From NCBI RefSeq assembly GCF_964355755.1, contig NC_092676.1, forward strand, positions 18,246,871 through 18,310,870: a DNA stretch of 64,000 nucleotides, read 5' to 3'. Shown here piece after piece: positions 24,001 to 45,185 of the stretch (positions within the stretch are counted from its first letter, which is position 1; the number at the start of each line of letters is the position of its first letter). The translations under genes were made by a program, and so were the position numbers. Origin of the DNA: Antedon mediterranea. Its lineage: Eukaryota; Animalia; Echinodermata. The notes below the pieces were generated by a model that did no database searches, was not told where the DNA came from, and worked only from the letters and a program-made list of their open reading frames with translations.

Positions 24001-27000
24001 CATTTTCACCCCGATTTTGATATTGTCTAGGTCAATCAACTATCTTTCGCATGAGTTAAACATATTTTAATTGTTATGACGTCATCGTGCCTAAAAATTT
24101 AAATTACATGTGGCATTAATTTCATCTTTACAGTAAATTTTAATCTGTTATAGCTCGTAAGAATAAAATGTGATAATCACGATTAAACGTTTTCTGGAAG
24201 CGATTGGATTGTAGATACGAAATCATGTAAAAAAATTTCCAATCGGATGTTGTGACGTCATCATATGGCCAGTTAAATAAAAAAAGTCGTATTTTAATAT
24301 TTTGCGTCATAGTTCATCACATTTAAAAGGGTGCGCATCTATATTTTACGTATTCAAATTTCTTCTACACGTTAATATGTTGTTCCTAAGATAATTTCCT
24401 TCTGAAATTGCTATCGAAGTGTTTCATTTTGATACCGTCGCCATGTTAAAAATTTGAATAAATGGCGGGTCCCGTAATTTCACCTATTCTACACTGTATG
24501 TAATATGTATACAGATTATACTGTTTGCATGTATACTATATGACACAAAATTGACTGAATTCAGCACTAACAGCATATCATATTCTTCAGTTCTTGTCAT
24601 AATGCCATAATCTTTATCTGTGTGTGAAATATTCCAACGTATGACGTGCACGTGGCGTTTGTCGTTGTGCGGATAACTAACTCGTCAAAGTGACGAGTTT
24701 CATGTCTAGTTATTATTCTTCTTTCTGTACACTTTTTGTTCGTCAAATATCTCAAAAAGTTGAATAGCAATGATCACAAAAATTTTACAATGTCTTTCAA
24801 ATACTTTAACTTAGCCATAATAAGCTTTTCAGCGTGATCACTGACCCGTGACGTCACGTATACGCGATTTTGTGAAATCACATTATCAATCATATATCCA
24901 TAATTCATTATCACATATTTATGAAATTCACTACACGTAAACTTCAGGTCAAGGTAAAAATATTAGCAAATAAAAACGCACGCGCACGTATAGACATGCG
25001 CGTGAAATCGCGCGTTAAAAATTTAAAAGGCTCAAAATTAAGTTTTGATCAATTTAGAGCATGAATTAGGCCATTTGCGTGTTTCAAAAAATTACTGCGC
25101 AAAAACACGTTTTTGCGCGCGCGATACTTAAAAAGCGTAAAAATACGATTTTTTTGTAGAAATCGCATTCTACTCACCATCCTTAGTACATTCACCAAAT
25201 TTGAGTCAGTTCCGACTTAAAATAACGCTATACGAGCACGTTAAAAATGACAAAATGCGCACATTTATTTCACAAAAGTTCTGAAAATGGTGAAAAATAT
25301 GTCTTTTTTAAAATGAAAATAACTCTTCAGAATGCACGATGACACCTAAGTTTTTTAACTTATTCGTGAAGCCATTGAGTTGTAGATATAAATGTATATA
25401 CACATTAGACGTAAAAAATGGTATTACGTCATCAAATGGCCACTTGAATTTAACAATTAGGATTTTTTTCCGTTTTGTTTAGGTTATCACATTCAATAGA
25501 GCGCATCTCCGCTATTTGACCTCGATTTTCGCACAAATTTCAGTGTGTGCTTGCTTAATTATTTATCTTTCTCATAAGTTGTCAGTGTTGTCATTTTGAT
25601 GACGTCATCACGCGTAAAAACTTGAATAACGTAGGTCGTGTAATTTCACCTTCGCCGTAAATTTGAATATCTTACAGCTCTTCAGAATTGAAGGTTACCT
25701 TGACGATTATAATTTATTATGAAAGCTGATGAAATGTAGATATGAATTCATATAAAAACCAAGCGTATCAGATGTTGTGACGTTAACATATGGCCAGATG
25801 AAGTTAAAAAGTAGTTTTTTCATCTTTTTCGTCAAAGTTATACAAATTTCAAAGAGCGCGCACAGCGCTTCTACGTGCCAGATTCTCTTCCAATTCTTAT
25901 ATTTATTTGCTCAATTTATTATCTTTCGAAATTGTCATCTTTGAGTTTATTTTGATAATTCCATCATACCAAAAAATTAGAACATGATGTGTGTCCCGTA
26001 ATTTCACCTATGCTACACTGTGTATAGATATACAGTATATACTGTACATATTGTATATGGCATATAATAGGCACAACTCAGCGATATAAGATTATGCATC
26101 ATGTCATAGGATGGCGTAAATCAACTTTTTACGATCGTATGTTAACGTACATGCATGTTTAAAAAATGTTAATTTCATTAAAATGATAACAATGATCACC
26201 TATAATTCGTCAAAGTGACGAATTAAATTCTAGTTAATCAATTAATACTGAGCACCCTTCGGAAATACATCGCCAGCTTAGCTTCGCGAAAATCATCGCT
26301 AGGCCTGCCGATAAAAGTACGGAGGCCTCACAGGACATTAACTCTATAGAGTAAACAGTTTCGTTCTATAGAGGGCGTAGTTACTAACGTTTAAAGCACG
26401 CACCAAATAATTATAATTTTCATTATTTCCGACATGCGTTTCGTATTTTTAATAAAGAAAAGAAATACTATACAATTGCTGTATTCATCATTGTGGGTAT
26501 CATCATAATTATGTTATGTTTTTAATTTGTTCTTTCATTTTACTAGTAGAATTTCACACAGAAAAGAAGATAAATATGGAACTGCCGACTCTTGAAGATA
26601 TAAGTACTGACCAATTTTCCTCTGTTTTAGTTTATTTTACATTATGGTTTGTAGGTCAAATAAATAAATGAAATGAATAAAAAGAATTAAAAAACAGAAA
26701 GATATAATTTATTGAAATGTAATGTACAGTAATACAATAATTATAATAAAAATGTTTTCCATCAATTACTAGAATTTATTTTACTTCTGCTGACACTGAA
26801 TACATCATTTCATGTCTATTCATTAATTTATTTCAACAATATTTTATGTTGGTGGTCCATCCAGCCGAAGCTGATCATTAGGGACCCTTACAAAAAATAT
26901 AATTTGACAAGACAATAACACACAACATTCAAAATAAATAGAATTCAACATAATTAAACACAAAATATTATTATGAAAAAAACTTAAAATCCGTTTCACG

Positions 27001-30000
27001 AAGAACATGTAAAAAATATTTTATTATCGCCATAATATGATCATATAACAGCGTCCTCTATAGATCGATGCCCTATGAGGCCTCCGTACTTTCATCGGCA
27101 GGCCTAGCGATGATTTTCGCGAAGCTAAGCTGGCGATGGATTTCTGAAGGGTGCTCAATTATTAATTGATTAAAAATAGTTATAAATAAGAAATTATCGA
27201 TATTTTACCATTTTATGCTTGCTGTATGCTGTAGACAACTCGTGAGTAGGCTAGATGAAGTATTGAAATCATTTGGAGTAATTTTAAGGGGTGGGTACGA
27301 AACTGCATTAGCGCCAAAATGTTTTAATCGTTCTTTTATTATGTATAGTATAAACAGTTTTATGTTTTTTTGTTGTTTTTTTCAATTTTATTATTATTAA
27401 TTAACGCCGTGGCTAAAGACACGGTACCGTATCCTAACTTCCGTTTGCTAAAGGTACGGTAAAATTGCATTACGTCATAGTCAGCCAATGTGTGACGTCA
27501 TCACACATGTGGTACGTGTGTGACGTCATCGTATAAGGACTTGGGATTTTTTTTCATATCGCGAAAACAGTGATCAACCAGCGGCTTAACATTTTATTAT
27601 GCTTCATTTATCGCTATTATCCCCGTCGTGTGACAAAACTAAATGTATCCTAGGCCTACGTCTGTTATTATTGATAGGCTAAAACATGTTGATTTTAATT
27701 CTAGAATACAGAAATTTACCATTTCAAAAGAGGCCTACTACGTACTATAACCATGCTATAGCCTCGGTATATGAGCTTGTTTGCCAGGCTGGGGCCAGCT
27801 GCATGTGATTGTGTGCGCTGATTTCTGTGACTAAGACCTGGGGATAGGCCTATTGTCTAAATCATAGTATTTGAGGGCCCCTTTATTGTCCGCATTTGCT
27901 TTTTGTTTATGGTCACCATCTGTAAACAAAGTTTATTAAAAAATATAGGCCTAAATAGGCAATTTGGAATAAAAATAAAACCCTCATAGTAACTATAGGC
28001 CTATGGATGAATGAACTAGACGCAACACAATTTCCAACATTGAATTATAATTCCTTTACTTCTAATTTGGCTATCAACATATTTCTACTGTAGTGTAGTG
28101 TTTAATGTTGTATAATGAAATAATATTTGAGGTTGAGTGCATGATTTAAACGCTTTGTGTAACGTCCACCAACCACATGATCTTGCTCTATACTACAGCA
28201 TCGACGATTCTGGATTCAACATTACTAGGTCTAGCCCCGAGGCTGAGTCACAGAATCATAAGCACATACTGTACATCCATGCAGCCATGGCGGATAGGCA
28301 TTTTCTACAGACGCGATGTGAAAAAAATCCAAAGTCCTTATACGATGACGTCACACACGTACCAGCACCCCACCCCATTGGCTGATTATGACGTAATGCA
28401 ATTTTACCGTACCTTTAGTAAACGGAAGTTAGGATACGGTACCGTATCTTTAGCCACGGCGAATTAAGAAAACCCCCAAAAAGCGCCTAGTTTATTTAGG
28501 CCTACTGTAATACACTCTGTAATTAATGATATTAATATTAAATATGCAAATTTTTGACCTTTAATTTTAAAAGAGTAAAATTCTAATCCACCAGGTGTTC
28601 ATTTAAATTTTGTATTAATTGACAGGGTGCAACATAATTAATAAATAGTAAAAAATAGTAGCCCTTAGTAGTAGCGACGTTACCCTCGATCCTGGAACTG
28701 CACCTGCTTGATGATCTTGAAAATGTCTCTATTATGATTCCGAAATGTCTCTTTTTGTCAATAAATTTTGTAAATATTCTCCATTCTTATTTATTTCAGA
28801 TCCAATAGCAGCAGTTGCTTTGGCTGCTGAACGTATAAAGAATGGTAAGGTGATAGCAGTGCCTACGGACACTATCTATGGCATCGCAGCCATGGTGCAG
28901 TCATTTGAGGCAGTCCAGGATCTATACACTATAAAAAGCCGCAATCCTCATAAACCAATCGCTATATGTGTTTCAAGAATAGAAGACATCCAAAAGTAAG
29001 TTTTTTCTTAATATCCTGATGGAATATAATATAGAATTATGGAAGTAATCCTTGAAAAAAAAAATTCTCATTACAAAAATAATTATCACTGTCAAGTCAT
29101 AAATCACCACCCGATTCTTATCTTCTCATTAAAATATAAAAAGTATTAAGGCAAGTTCTGTAACACAGCATAACATAACGTAAATCTCTTATTCATCTCA
29201 TAAACAAACAAAAACAAGCGAGGAGTAAAACATTTAAACGATGAAAGGGACCTCCAAGAAACCCCAAGGGGCTTGTGATAGGAGGCCCACTAAAAACTAG
29301 TTACATTAATTAAGATACCATAAAAAGATCACATGTGATCTGTATTAGGGTCTATGATATGTGCTCCTGTATCATAGAATTTTCCTTTGGTACTGACAAA
29401 TTTAGATACAGAATCGTCTGCATATTTTATGCCATTATTAATAATTATTATTTTACCCATTCACACTCCCTATTCTTTTTATCTTCTTTATTGTTTATTT
29501 TATTTCACTTGGTGCATTTTATATTACTGTTTTTTCTAGTTGTATTCATATTCACTAAGTCACAAAAAATACCTATAGATTGATGTAGTGCATATTATTC
29601 AATAATTATGTAACCCACCAGCACATCATTTTATTTCTATATGCTATCATCACCAAACCAATAATATTAATTTCTGTTTCTCTAGGTGGGCAGAAGTAAC
29701 AGTACCTAACACATTACTAAATGACCTTCTACCTGGCCCAGTTACAGTAGTATTTCATCGAACTGCTGCCCTCAATCCAGACTTTAATTCAACAACCTCA
29801 TTGATTGGTCTCCGCATTCCAAATCACCAGTTTATCTGTCAGCTTGCTGATCGTGTAGGGAGCCCTCTTGCTCTCACAAGTGCAAATATAAGTTCAGAAC
29901 AAAGTTCACTTTCTGTCAATGTAAGTTTTATATACAATAGAACCGTCGAGACCTACAGGTAGCAAAGTGTCCCCTTAAAGATGTATTGTCCCCCAAAAAA

Positions 30001-32495
30001 TGAAGATTAATTAAATCAGACTTTAAATATGTTATTTTGTAGTTTTAATAAAGTTAATCACTTCCATAGAAAAAAAAAATGAAAAAAAAAATGTTTTCAC
30101 CTATAAATTGACAAAATACATGGGTAAATTCAACCAAAAACCCATTATCTGGCAGCCAATTTGGCCATTTTTTGCTTTAAATTACAGTTTTTTTCAGGTA
30201 AATACTTTTTTTTTCGATCTAATTTTTGGTGAAAGTGGATAACTGTTATGTTACATTAAAATGGTATATTCAACAAATATTTCATTAGGAATTATTTTTT
30301 CAGGGGGACAATACATCTTTAATAATTTACACGGTTGGCCATTGTCTGAAAACATATTATATATATTGCCTCTCTTTCTCCTCACAGAAAAGTGTCTCCA
30401 TAATCTTTAGACCTCTAAATAGGAATGTCCCCTGAATAGATGTGTCCCCTGATTAGGGGTTGGCCAGGGTTAAAATATATATTCTTTTAAACAAGAAAGT
30501 TTCTTTTTAATACTGTATGTTCCCTGAATAGGAGTGTCCTTTGAATAGGAATGGGGTGTCCCCTGATTAGAGGTTGATCGTAGTGTTTTTGCCCCTTGTT
30601 CTCTTTGAAAAATATCCCCATAATTGGGATGTCCCTTGAATAGGGGTGTCCCAAAGGAGGTGTTCTACTGTAATGGAACAGAGGCACAGATGTACTTACT
30701 GTATCTCATGGAATGTTAAATTCTGTTTCACTAAAGATAAAATACTAAAATATAAGTTGCTATGTAGACAGACTTTATTATGAAATTAATTAATTAAAAT
30801 TGAATTGTCTAAGTACTTAAAATGGGGTTTCTATGTTTTCATTATTAGGAATTTGAAGTATTATGGCCGAAACTAGATCTAGTATTTGATGGTGGTGTGA
30901 TCGGCGAGACCAAGGCATCCAGGCTTGGTTCAACAGTTGTAAATTTATCAAATCAGGGTTATTATAAGATTATTAGAAACGGAAGGTAAGTTCATTATTG
31001 GAAGATGATTATATCTGTATAATGTACATAATGTATTTTTTATCATAAGCAAAAAAGAATTGTCAAATTTATGGGATTTTAATGAGAACCATAGAGAACA
31101 AATAATTCAAGCCAAATTGAGCAAGAATCAATTTTTCATTTATTGACCAAATACTTGTGATTATCCGGTACAGTGTGACACTCGGCTGTACTAGAATACT
31201 AGACTGTACTGTGTAACACTGTACCATACTGTACTATGTAACACTGTACCAGAATGTACTGTGTAACACTGTTACCAGACTGTACTGTGTAACACTGTTA
31301 CCAGACTGTACTGTATAACACTGTACCAGACTGTACTGTGGAACACTGTTAACAGACTGTACTGTATAACACTGTACCAGACTGTACTGTGGAACACTGT
31401 TAACAGACTGTACTGTATAACACTGTACCAGACTGCACTGTGCAACACTGTACCAGACTGTACTGTGCAACACTGTACCAGACTGTACTGTGTAACACTG
31501 TACCAGACTGTACTGTGTAACACTGTACCAGACTGTACTGTGTAACACTGTACCAGACTGTACTGTGGAACACTGTTAACAGACTGTACTGTATAAAACT
31601 GTACCAGACTGTACTGTGCAACACTGTACCAGACTGTACTGTGTAACACTGTTACCAGACTGTACTGTATAACACTGTACCAGACTGTACTGTGCAACAC
31701 TGTACCAAACTGTACTGTGCAACACTGTTACCAGACTGTACTGTATAACACTGTACCAGACTGTACTGTGCAACACTGTTAACAGACTGTACTGTGCAAC
31801 ACTGTACCAGACTGTACTGTGCAACACTGTACCAGACTCACTGTACTGTGCAACACTGTTTACCAGGCTGTACTGTGTAACACTGTACCAGACTGTACTG
31901 TGCAACACTGTTTACCAGGCTGTATTGTGTAACACTGTTACCACACCAGTCAGTGTCCCAACAGAGGGGTTCTACTTCATATAAAGCTTGTGGGTTGTTG
32001 GTCTAATTTGACAACAAACTCATAAACTTATGTTTAACTAACACATTACTTTATACTACAAACAGATAAGAAGGCGATTTAACAGCTTACCCTAATTATT
32101 AAATGTCCAATATCTATCTTGCTTTATTTACTTATTGTCTGGTAAAGTTATTAATCTGTTAGATAAGTAAGGGTCAGTCATAGTTTATTGAAAGGGTCAA
32201 TCATTTGTAATCCCTTACAACAACCCCAATATGTTCGTTTGACAGTCTGGAGGAACAAAGCCCGCAAGTGTAATTTTCTGGGGGAATTGGAAGACACCAC
32301 TTAGAAGGAGTGCAAAATATTACTTTATTAGATATTATTGTTATTCACAATACTAGTATGTGTTAGTGAACCATTATTCTTCTACACACACACTTTTATT
32401 CTAGCCACAATTTTAAATTGTTTGTATTTTCTCTTAGTGCATATGAAGATACTGTTAACACTTTACAAAAATATGGCCTGAAAGAAGAAAGGTAA
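21032..32495 (+). CDS. YRDC: Threonylcarbamoyl-AMP synthase YRDC/Sua5 (5 exons, ~241 aa)
   Basis: Exons 21032-21131, 28800-28995, 29686-29920, 30849-30985 and 32438-32495. Motifs GKVIAVPTDTIYG, IKSRNPHKPIAI, LLPGPVT, IGLRIPNH, PLALTSANIS and DGG...GSTVV. Exon 1 is inferred from phase fit and is less certain. Confidence 0.92.
21521..23110 (+). mobile_element. Helentron-associated element Y
   Basis: 5' GGTTATCCGC..GCTGATAACC. 3' GCGGATAACC plus hairpin AACTCGTCA-AAG-TGACGAGTT and CTAG. Confidence 0.75.
23121..24709 (+). mobile_element. Helentron-associated element Z (close relative of Y)
   Basis: 5' AGTTATCCGC..GCGGATAACT. 3' GCGGATAACT plus the same hairpin and CTAG. Body collinear with Y. 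Confidence 0.75.
27401..28467. mobile_element. MITE with ~110-bp TIRs, superfamily unassigned
   Basis: CGCCGTGGCTAAAGACACGGTACCGTATCCTAACTTCCGTTT... is inverted at 28345-28461. AT-rich (TTAA-like) flanks. Confidence 0.75.
29934..30670. mobile_element. Tc1/mariner-type MITE with a nested Kolobok-like MITE (29979-30318)
   Basis: Outer element TA-CAATAGAAC...GTTCTACTG-TA with repeated TGTCCCCTGAATAG motifs. Inner element TTAA-AGATGTATTGTCCCCC...GGGGGACAATACATCT-TTAA. Confidence 0.7.
31190..31945 (+). repeat. 25/26-bp minisatellite (ACACTGTACCAGACTGTACTGTGTA)n in YRDC intron 4
   Basis: About 29 tandem units with variant positions. Confidence 0.95.
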
Positions 32496-32563
32496 CAAAG
32501 AGTGCAAGGTATACAAGAATTAAACTATTAAAAAGCATTCCAAATATGCGATCAACATTGTAA

Positions 32564-32701
32564 AGCTCTATCTACACTATCAAACTAGTTTGACAAAAAA
32601 AGTGTGATGTGCCTAAATATAGTTGTGTCATCATCATCGTGTCCATATATGGGCACAGCACATTTTGTTGCCACATAAAGTTTGATAGTGTAGACAGAGC
32701 T
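32564..32701. mobile_element. Harbinger-like MITE in the YRDC 3' region
   Basis: TIR AGCTCT(A/G)TCTACACTATCAAAC with TAA TSD. A sister copy lies at 43653-43821. Confidence 0.8.
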
Positions 32702-33892
32702 TAAGCCATTAGAGATGTTTTGTATATATTTATGTAATGTCACAGGCTTGATAATTTTTTAAAGATTTCCTATATATATGTTGATGTTTGTGACATATTT
32801 AAAATGATTAGCACAAAGTAGTTTTCAGTAGTCTGGTTTATTTTCTTACTTTTGTATATTCAAAAAGTTAAATAGAGTCGAAATGAAGATGGCCTGAACT
32901 ATAATATATTAAATTATTTAAACTTTCAAACATTACATAACACTGTAATCTATATTCTTGAACTATAAAGTAAGTAAGTTTAGTCAAGTTAATTAAGATT
33001 CACCATCAGGCAGATTTTCTTCATCATTACTTCTGAGAGTTTTACTCTTTGCCTCTATGAATCGATGACTTGTTGGGAGGAACGTTACCAGACCACAGCC
33101 AGTACCATCTTGATTTTTTTAGATCTGTTATTGTGTCTACTCAGGACACACCCCTGTTAAGGAAACACATTTTTTTGTGGTCAAACAAGGGGATGTTTTA
33201 ACCAACCCCTATTCAATGACTATTCATGACGTAGTGTGATGAGAAACACACTGTAGTGCACATAAAGACCCTATTAAGGGTCACAAAAGGGTCACCCTAA
33301 ATAGGGATTCTTCTGTGATTGTTTTGTGTTAATCATATTTGAAAGCAGTGTACTTGAAACCAGTATTTTATTTAAACTATTTATAAGAATTATTCTCTAT
33401 TATTTTAACTAAGTATGTATTATAAATTGTAATTTTCCGATTGGTTTTTCTCATAGAAAATAGGTTGTTTTCCGTAAAATGGTTTTGTTAAATGAATAAC
33501 TTAGACAAGGACCCATACTATTTGTGGTGTGTGTAAAAGCTGAGGAGTCAGGACAAGCATGATATGAAACATTATGAACATTGTGTTTTGTAATTTGGTA
33601 CAGTAGTGCATTTAGGTTATCTTTAGGACTTTCCTAATACAGTGTATTAGAAAGGAAAATAGGAAAATTACGATTAAATGTATTGATTAAATAATTATAA
33701 AATTTAATACCAATAATTTTGACCCTGATCATTTCATTTCCATGAATTCCTACTGGTAAAATAAGCAAATAAATAATTACATTATATACATACATCACAT
33801 ACCACTGTACAATAATATCGACAAATGGAAAATTGTATTGAATTTTCAGAATGACATTGCACACTGAGGTGTCGCGGATGCTATAGAAATGT

Positions 33893-41896
<8,004 letters not shown>

Positions 41897-43139
41897 ATCT
41901 ATTAATGTTATTCTTTATCTCTTCAATTTCTTCTTGTTGATGTGAATTTTAGTTTAGGTTTGATCAGATGGTTGACAGGTTGATTTTGATTTACTAATTA
42001 TTTCTTTAAATGTACAAAGGCCAGGTCCACACACTCATTGTTGAAGCCGCTATAATTCGGACCATAATGACCCAAAAGGGAACAATCAGGTGGTTTACCA
42101 GACTACTTAGAAACCCAATAGGATGCTTTGAAAGCCGATTCCAAATATTAGCCCGCCAACAATGACTTGGTTTACTATCTTTATACACTCATTTCAGCTA
42201 GAGAAATAAACATAGTTTGTTTCGCCAGTCGTTTAAAGTAAATAATGTATTGAAGTACGTATCATTAAAGAGATAAGACGTTTACAAATGTGAACTGATA
42301 TCATAAAGTAAAATGAAACTTAGGCCTACGTCTAATATTTACTTATTTCTGCATGGTTTTTGTCCCCAAAAAATGAATAAGATGAATAAAATCAAACGTT
42401 GAATCGGTCATTTCTAAATGTGATAAAGTTCGCATTCACAAAAACGGTCAACAAAATTAATAATTTCACTTATTAAAACATAATATATACGGTGAGATTT
42501 AACTGGCTGACTGTCTTTAAACTTAAAATTACGAGGTGTTTTCAAATAAAAATGTGTAATTCAACGAGCATTGTTCGAAACGGATTTTTTTCTAGGAGGA
42601 AACTATAAGATCTATTTCAGAAGTGACTATGTTTGTATTTATTTGTTAACTCCATACGAAGGACATTTTATTATATTTAGACAGTGCCTATTTAGAAATT
42701 ATTATTTGGTTAATTATTTGAAGACATTGATATTGCGTAAAAATGGTTATAGTAATGAAGGGAATTAAGGAAAGGAAGATACGGTATGGAACGGATTAGA
42801 TTCATCAATTTTTTATTCAATTTTCGGCGATCTTGCCAATAATGACGTAATTTACTTAAACTGGACTGAACTAGTTTATGAAGTAAGTCTTCTGTCTGAA
42901 GAATTGAGAAGGCGCGCATAGCACGTTCCACGTTTAAGAAAGTTAGTTTTAACTAATTTAAAAGTAGCGCCCAATGATACGGCCCTGACCAATTCATACC
43001 TCCATGGCCCTGACACTAACAGTCCGGTGTGAATTAATAAAATGTGAGTAAACACTTCTTGTTTCTTTCAAATTATTATATATTTTGTATACTAATCTTC
43101 ATAAAAGTCAAAACAAACAAACAAAACAAAACAAACAAA

Positions 43140-43280
43140 AATAGTTATAAATAAGAAATGATCGATATTTTACCATTTTATGCTTGCAGAATTTTGTAGA
43201 CAACTCGTGAGTAGGTTAGATGAAGTATTGAAACCATTTTGAGTAATTTTAAGGGGTGGGTACGAAACTGCATTAGCGCC
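43140..43280. mobile_element. Solo terminus of the Merlin-like element
   Basis: Matches 27175-27315 and ends ...GAAACTGCATTAGCGCC. Confidence 0.75.
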
Positions 43281-43652
43281 TTTATTTAACTTATTTTGAG
43301 TTAGGCCTACATTATACTAGTTCGGAACTGAGGATAGACCATCCTTACTAGGCTTTAATAACTACATAGATTTAAGCATGGCCTACTCCAAGAACTATAA
43401 AGTATTAGACCTATGTTTAGGTCAGGACTAAATACAGTTGGAAAACATAGTTCATGACTAAGTATAGAGTACTAAATAATAATAGTAGATGACTATTGTA
43501 TAGTCTAGGACTTAATAATTATGTATTTAGTTAGTGACTTAAGTATAGTCCGTGACTACGTACAGCACTAAATAATAATAGTTATACATATGACTATGTA
43601 AATATATTTAGTCAAGGCCTATTGTATGTCCAGTACTAAAATCGAAGTCTAA

Positions 43653-43821
43653 AGCTTTGTCTACACTATCAAACTTTATTTTTATGTGCCAAAAAAATGT
43701 GATGTGCCCATATATGGACATGATGATGTCATATCACTACCATACTTGGGTTGGGCATCACTACCATATTTGGGCACATCATACTTTTTTGTCAAACTAG
43801 TTTGATAGTGTACACAGAGCT
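43653..43821. mobile_element. Harbinger-like MITE (sister of 32564-32701)
   Basis: TIR AGCT(T/C)TGT.TACACTATCAAAC with TAA TSD. Confidence 0.75.
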
Positions 43822-43837
43822 TAAGTAGGGTCTGGAT

Positions 43838-44042
43838 TATAGTCCAGAACTAAGGATACACCATACAGGACAAGAATAGCCCAGGGCTTTTAAGTAATAT
43901 AGTCCAGAACTAAGGATAGTATACACCATACAGGACAAGAATAGCCCAGGGCTTTTAAGCAATATAGTCCAGGACTAAGGATAGTATACACCATACAGGA
44001 CAAGAATAGCCCAGGGCTTTTAAGCAATATAGTCCAAGACTA
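43838..44042 (+). repeat. 60-65-bp tandem repeat, 3 copies
   Basis: TATAGTCCAGAACTAAGGATA...CACCATACAGGACAAGAATAGCCCAGGGCTTTTAAG repeated three times. Confidence 0.9.
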
Positions 44043-45027
44043 CAGCAAGGATGGTACAGTATAATACTGTTCTATAAAAAAATAACAAACATTGTGTAAT
44101 TGTCAATTATTTATTTTATAAATTCTACTTGCCATAACATTTAACAGACATTTAAAATGACATCCAAATCAACATTTTACTACATCATGAAATGTACAAT
44201 ATACAACAAAATGTATATTATTTTGTTGTTTTTCATGAACATTTATAGTATTATTTATTAACAATATAGCATACAGACAATAAACACACAGTACAGAAAA
44301 GAATACAATTGCTGTTTGTGTTCAGTGGAACTTGTCTGGTATCTTACGATAACAAAACTCTGAATATATTCAATATTGAATTGTTTTATTTCACCATGTA
44401 CCGTCACAAAATATGCATCTATTATTTAACCTGAGAACTGCGTAGGGTGATGCAACGTGGAATAAGCTACATACAGGGAAGATTACTATTATATTTTTAG
44501 ACTGCAATAGGAATGGTTAAAGTTAAAATGATATTTTGAGTGAATAAAAATAATAATAACTTGATTGAAAAGCACTTTTGGATCAGTGGCAACACACTCA
44601 TTGGTGGTGAAGCCAACTTAAACAACATACAAATGAACCTTATAAACCAAACATGTATGTATGTACACTCAATGATACATACATAGACATTAAATACAAT
44701 AGTAAAACAAAAACCAATGCAGTGGCTTTTCTTAACGTTTAACTTTAATTACTAACCTAAAATATATTATGGATTATTAGTACAGTAGTACATTTCATTA
44801 TTCAGTTTTAACAAGTACTGAAAGAGATAATACATTTTCCCCAAAAATAATTAAATCATCATGAAAAACAACCACAAAACATTTTCAGCTACTGTACAAT
44901 AAAATATCTGTAAAAGCTATTAAACTAATTAACATTTTTTGAAAAACCATTTTTTGAATATTTATCACCTTGTTACATTCCAAGTACATGAATACATTTT
45001 AATATTTCAATAAAAAAAAACATTTAA

Positions 45028-45185
45028 AGACGCACTGGCTCTTAAACCTCAGCTCCCCCTCCTCCAATCCTACAAATCAAATTTGGATAATTAATTTATT
45101 GGCAAAATTCTCATTTTGTGTAAATTAATGCAATTAATTTTTTTTTTCAAATTGCCAAATATTTTTTTGCGACAACATTGCATCT
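45028..45185. mobile_element. Kolobok-like MITE
   Basis: TTAA-AGACGCA...TGCATCT-TTAA. Confidence 0.5.

Larger units (their letters stand above)
21466..26233 (+). mobile_element. Helentron-associated (HINE/DINE-1-like) element X, hosting elements Y and Z
   Basis: 5' hairpin TAGGTGATCATTT...AAATGATCACCTA. 3' subTIR ATGATCACCTA plus hairpin AATTCGTCA-AAG-TGACGAATT and CTAG. Body at 24710-26233, no TSD, T-rich target. Confidence 0.75.
21333..27315. mobile_element. Merlin-like non-autonomous DNA transposon with ~260-bp TIRs, the left TIR split by Helentron-type insertions
   Basis: Termini GGCGCTAATGCAGTTTCGTACCCACCCC/...GCATTAGCGCC with an 8-bp TSD AAAATGTT on both sides. The left TIR resumes at ~26234. 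Confidence 0.8.

Noticed and set aside
31234-31908. Four repetitive ORFs (VLHSTVWYS...)
   Set aside because: They are translations of a 25-bp intronic minisatellite.
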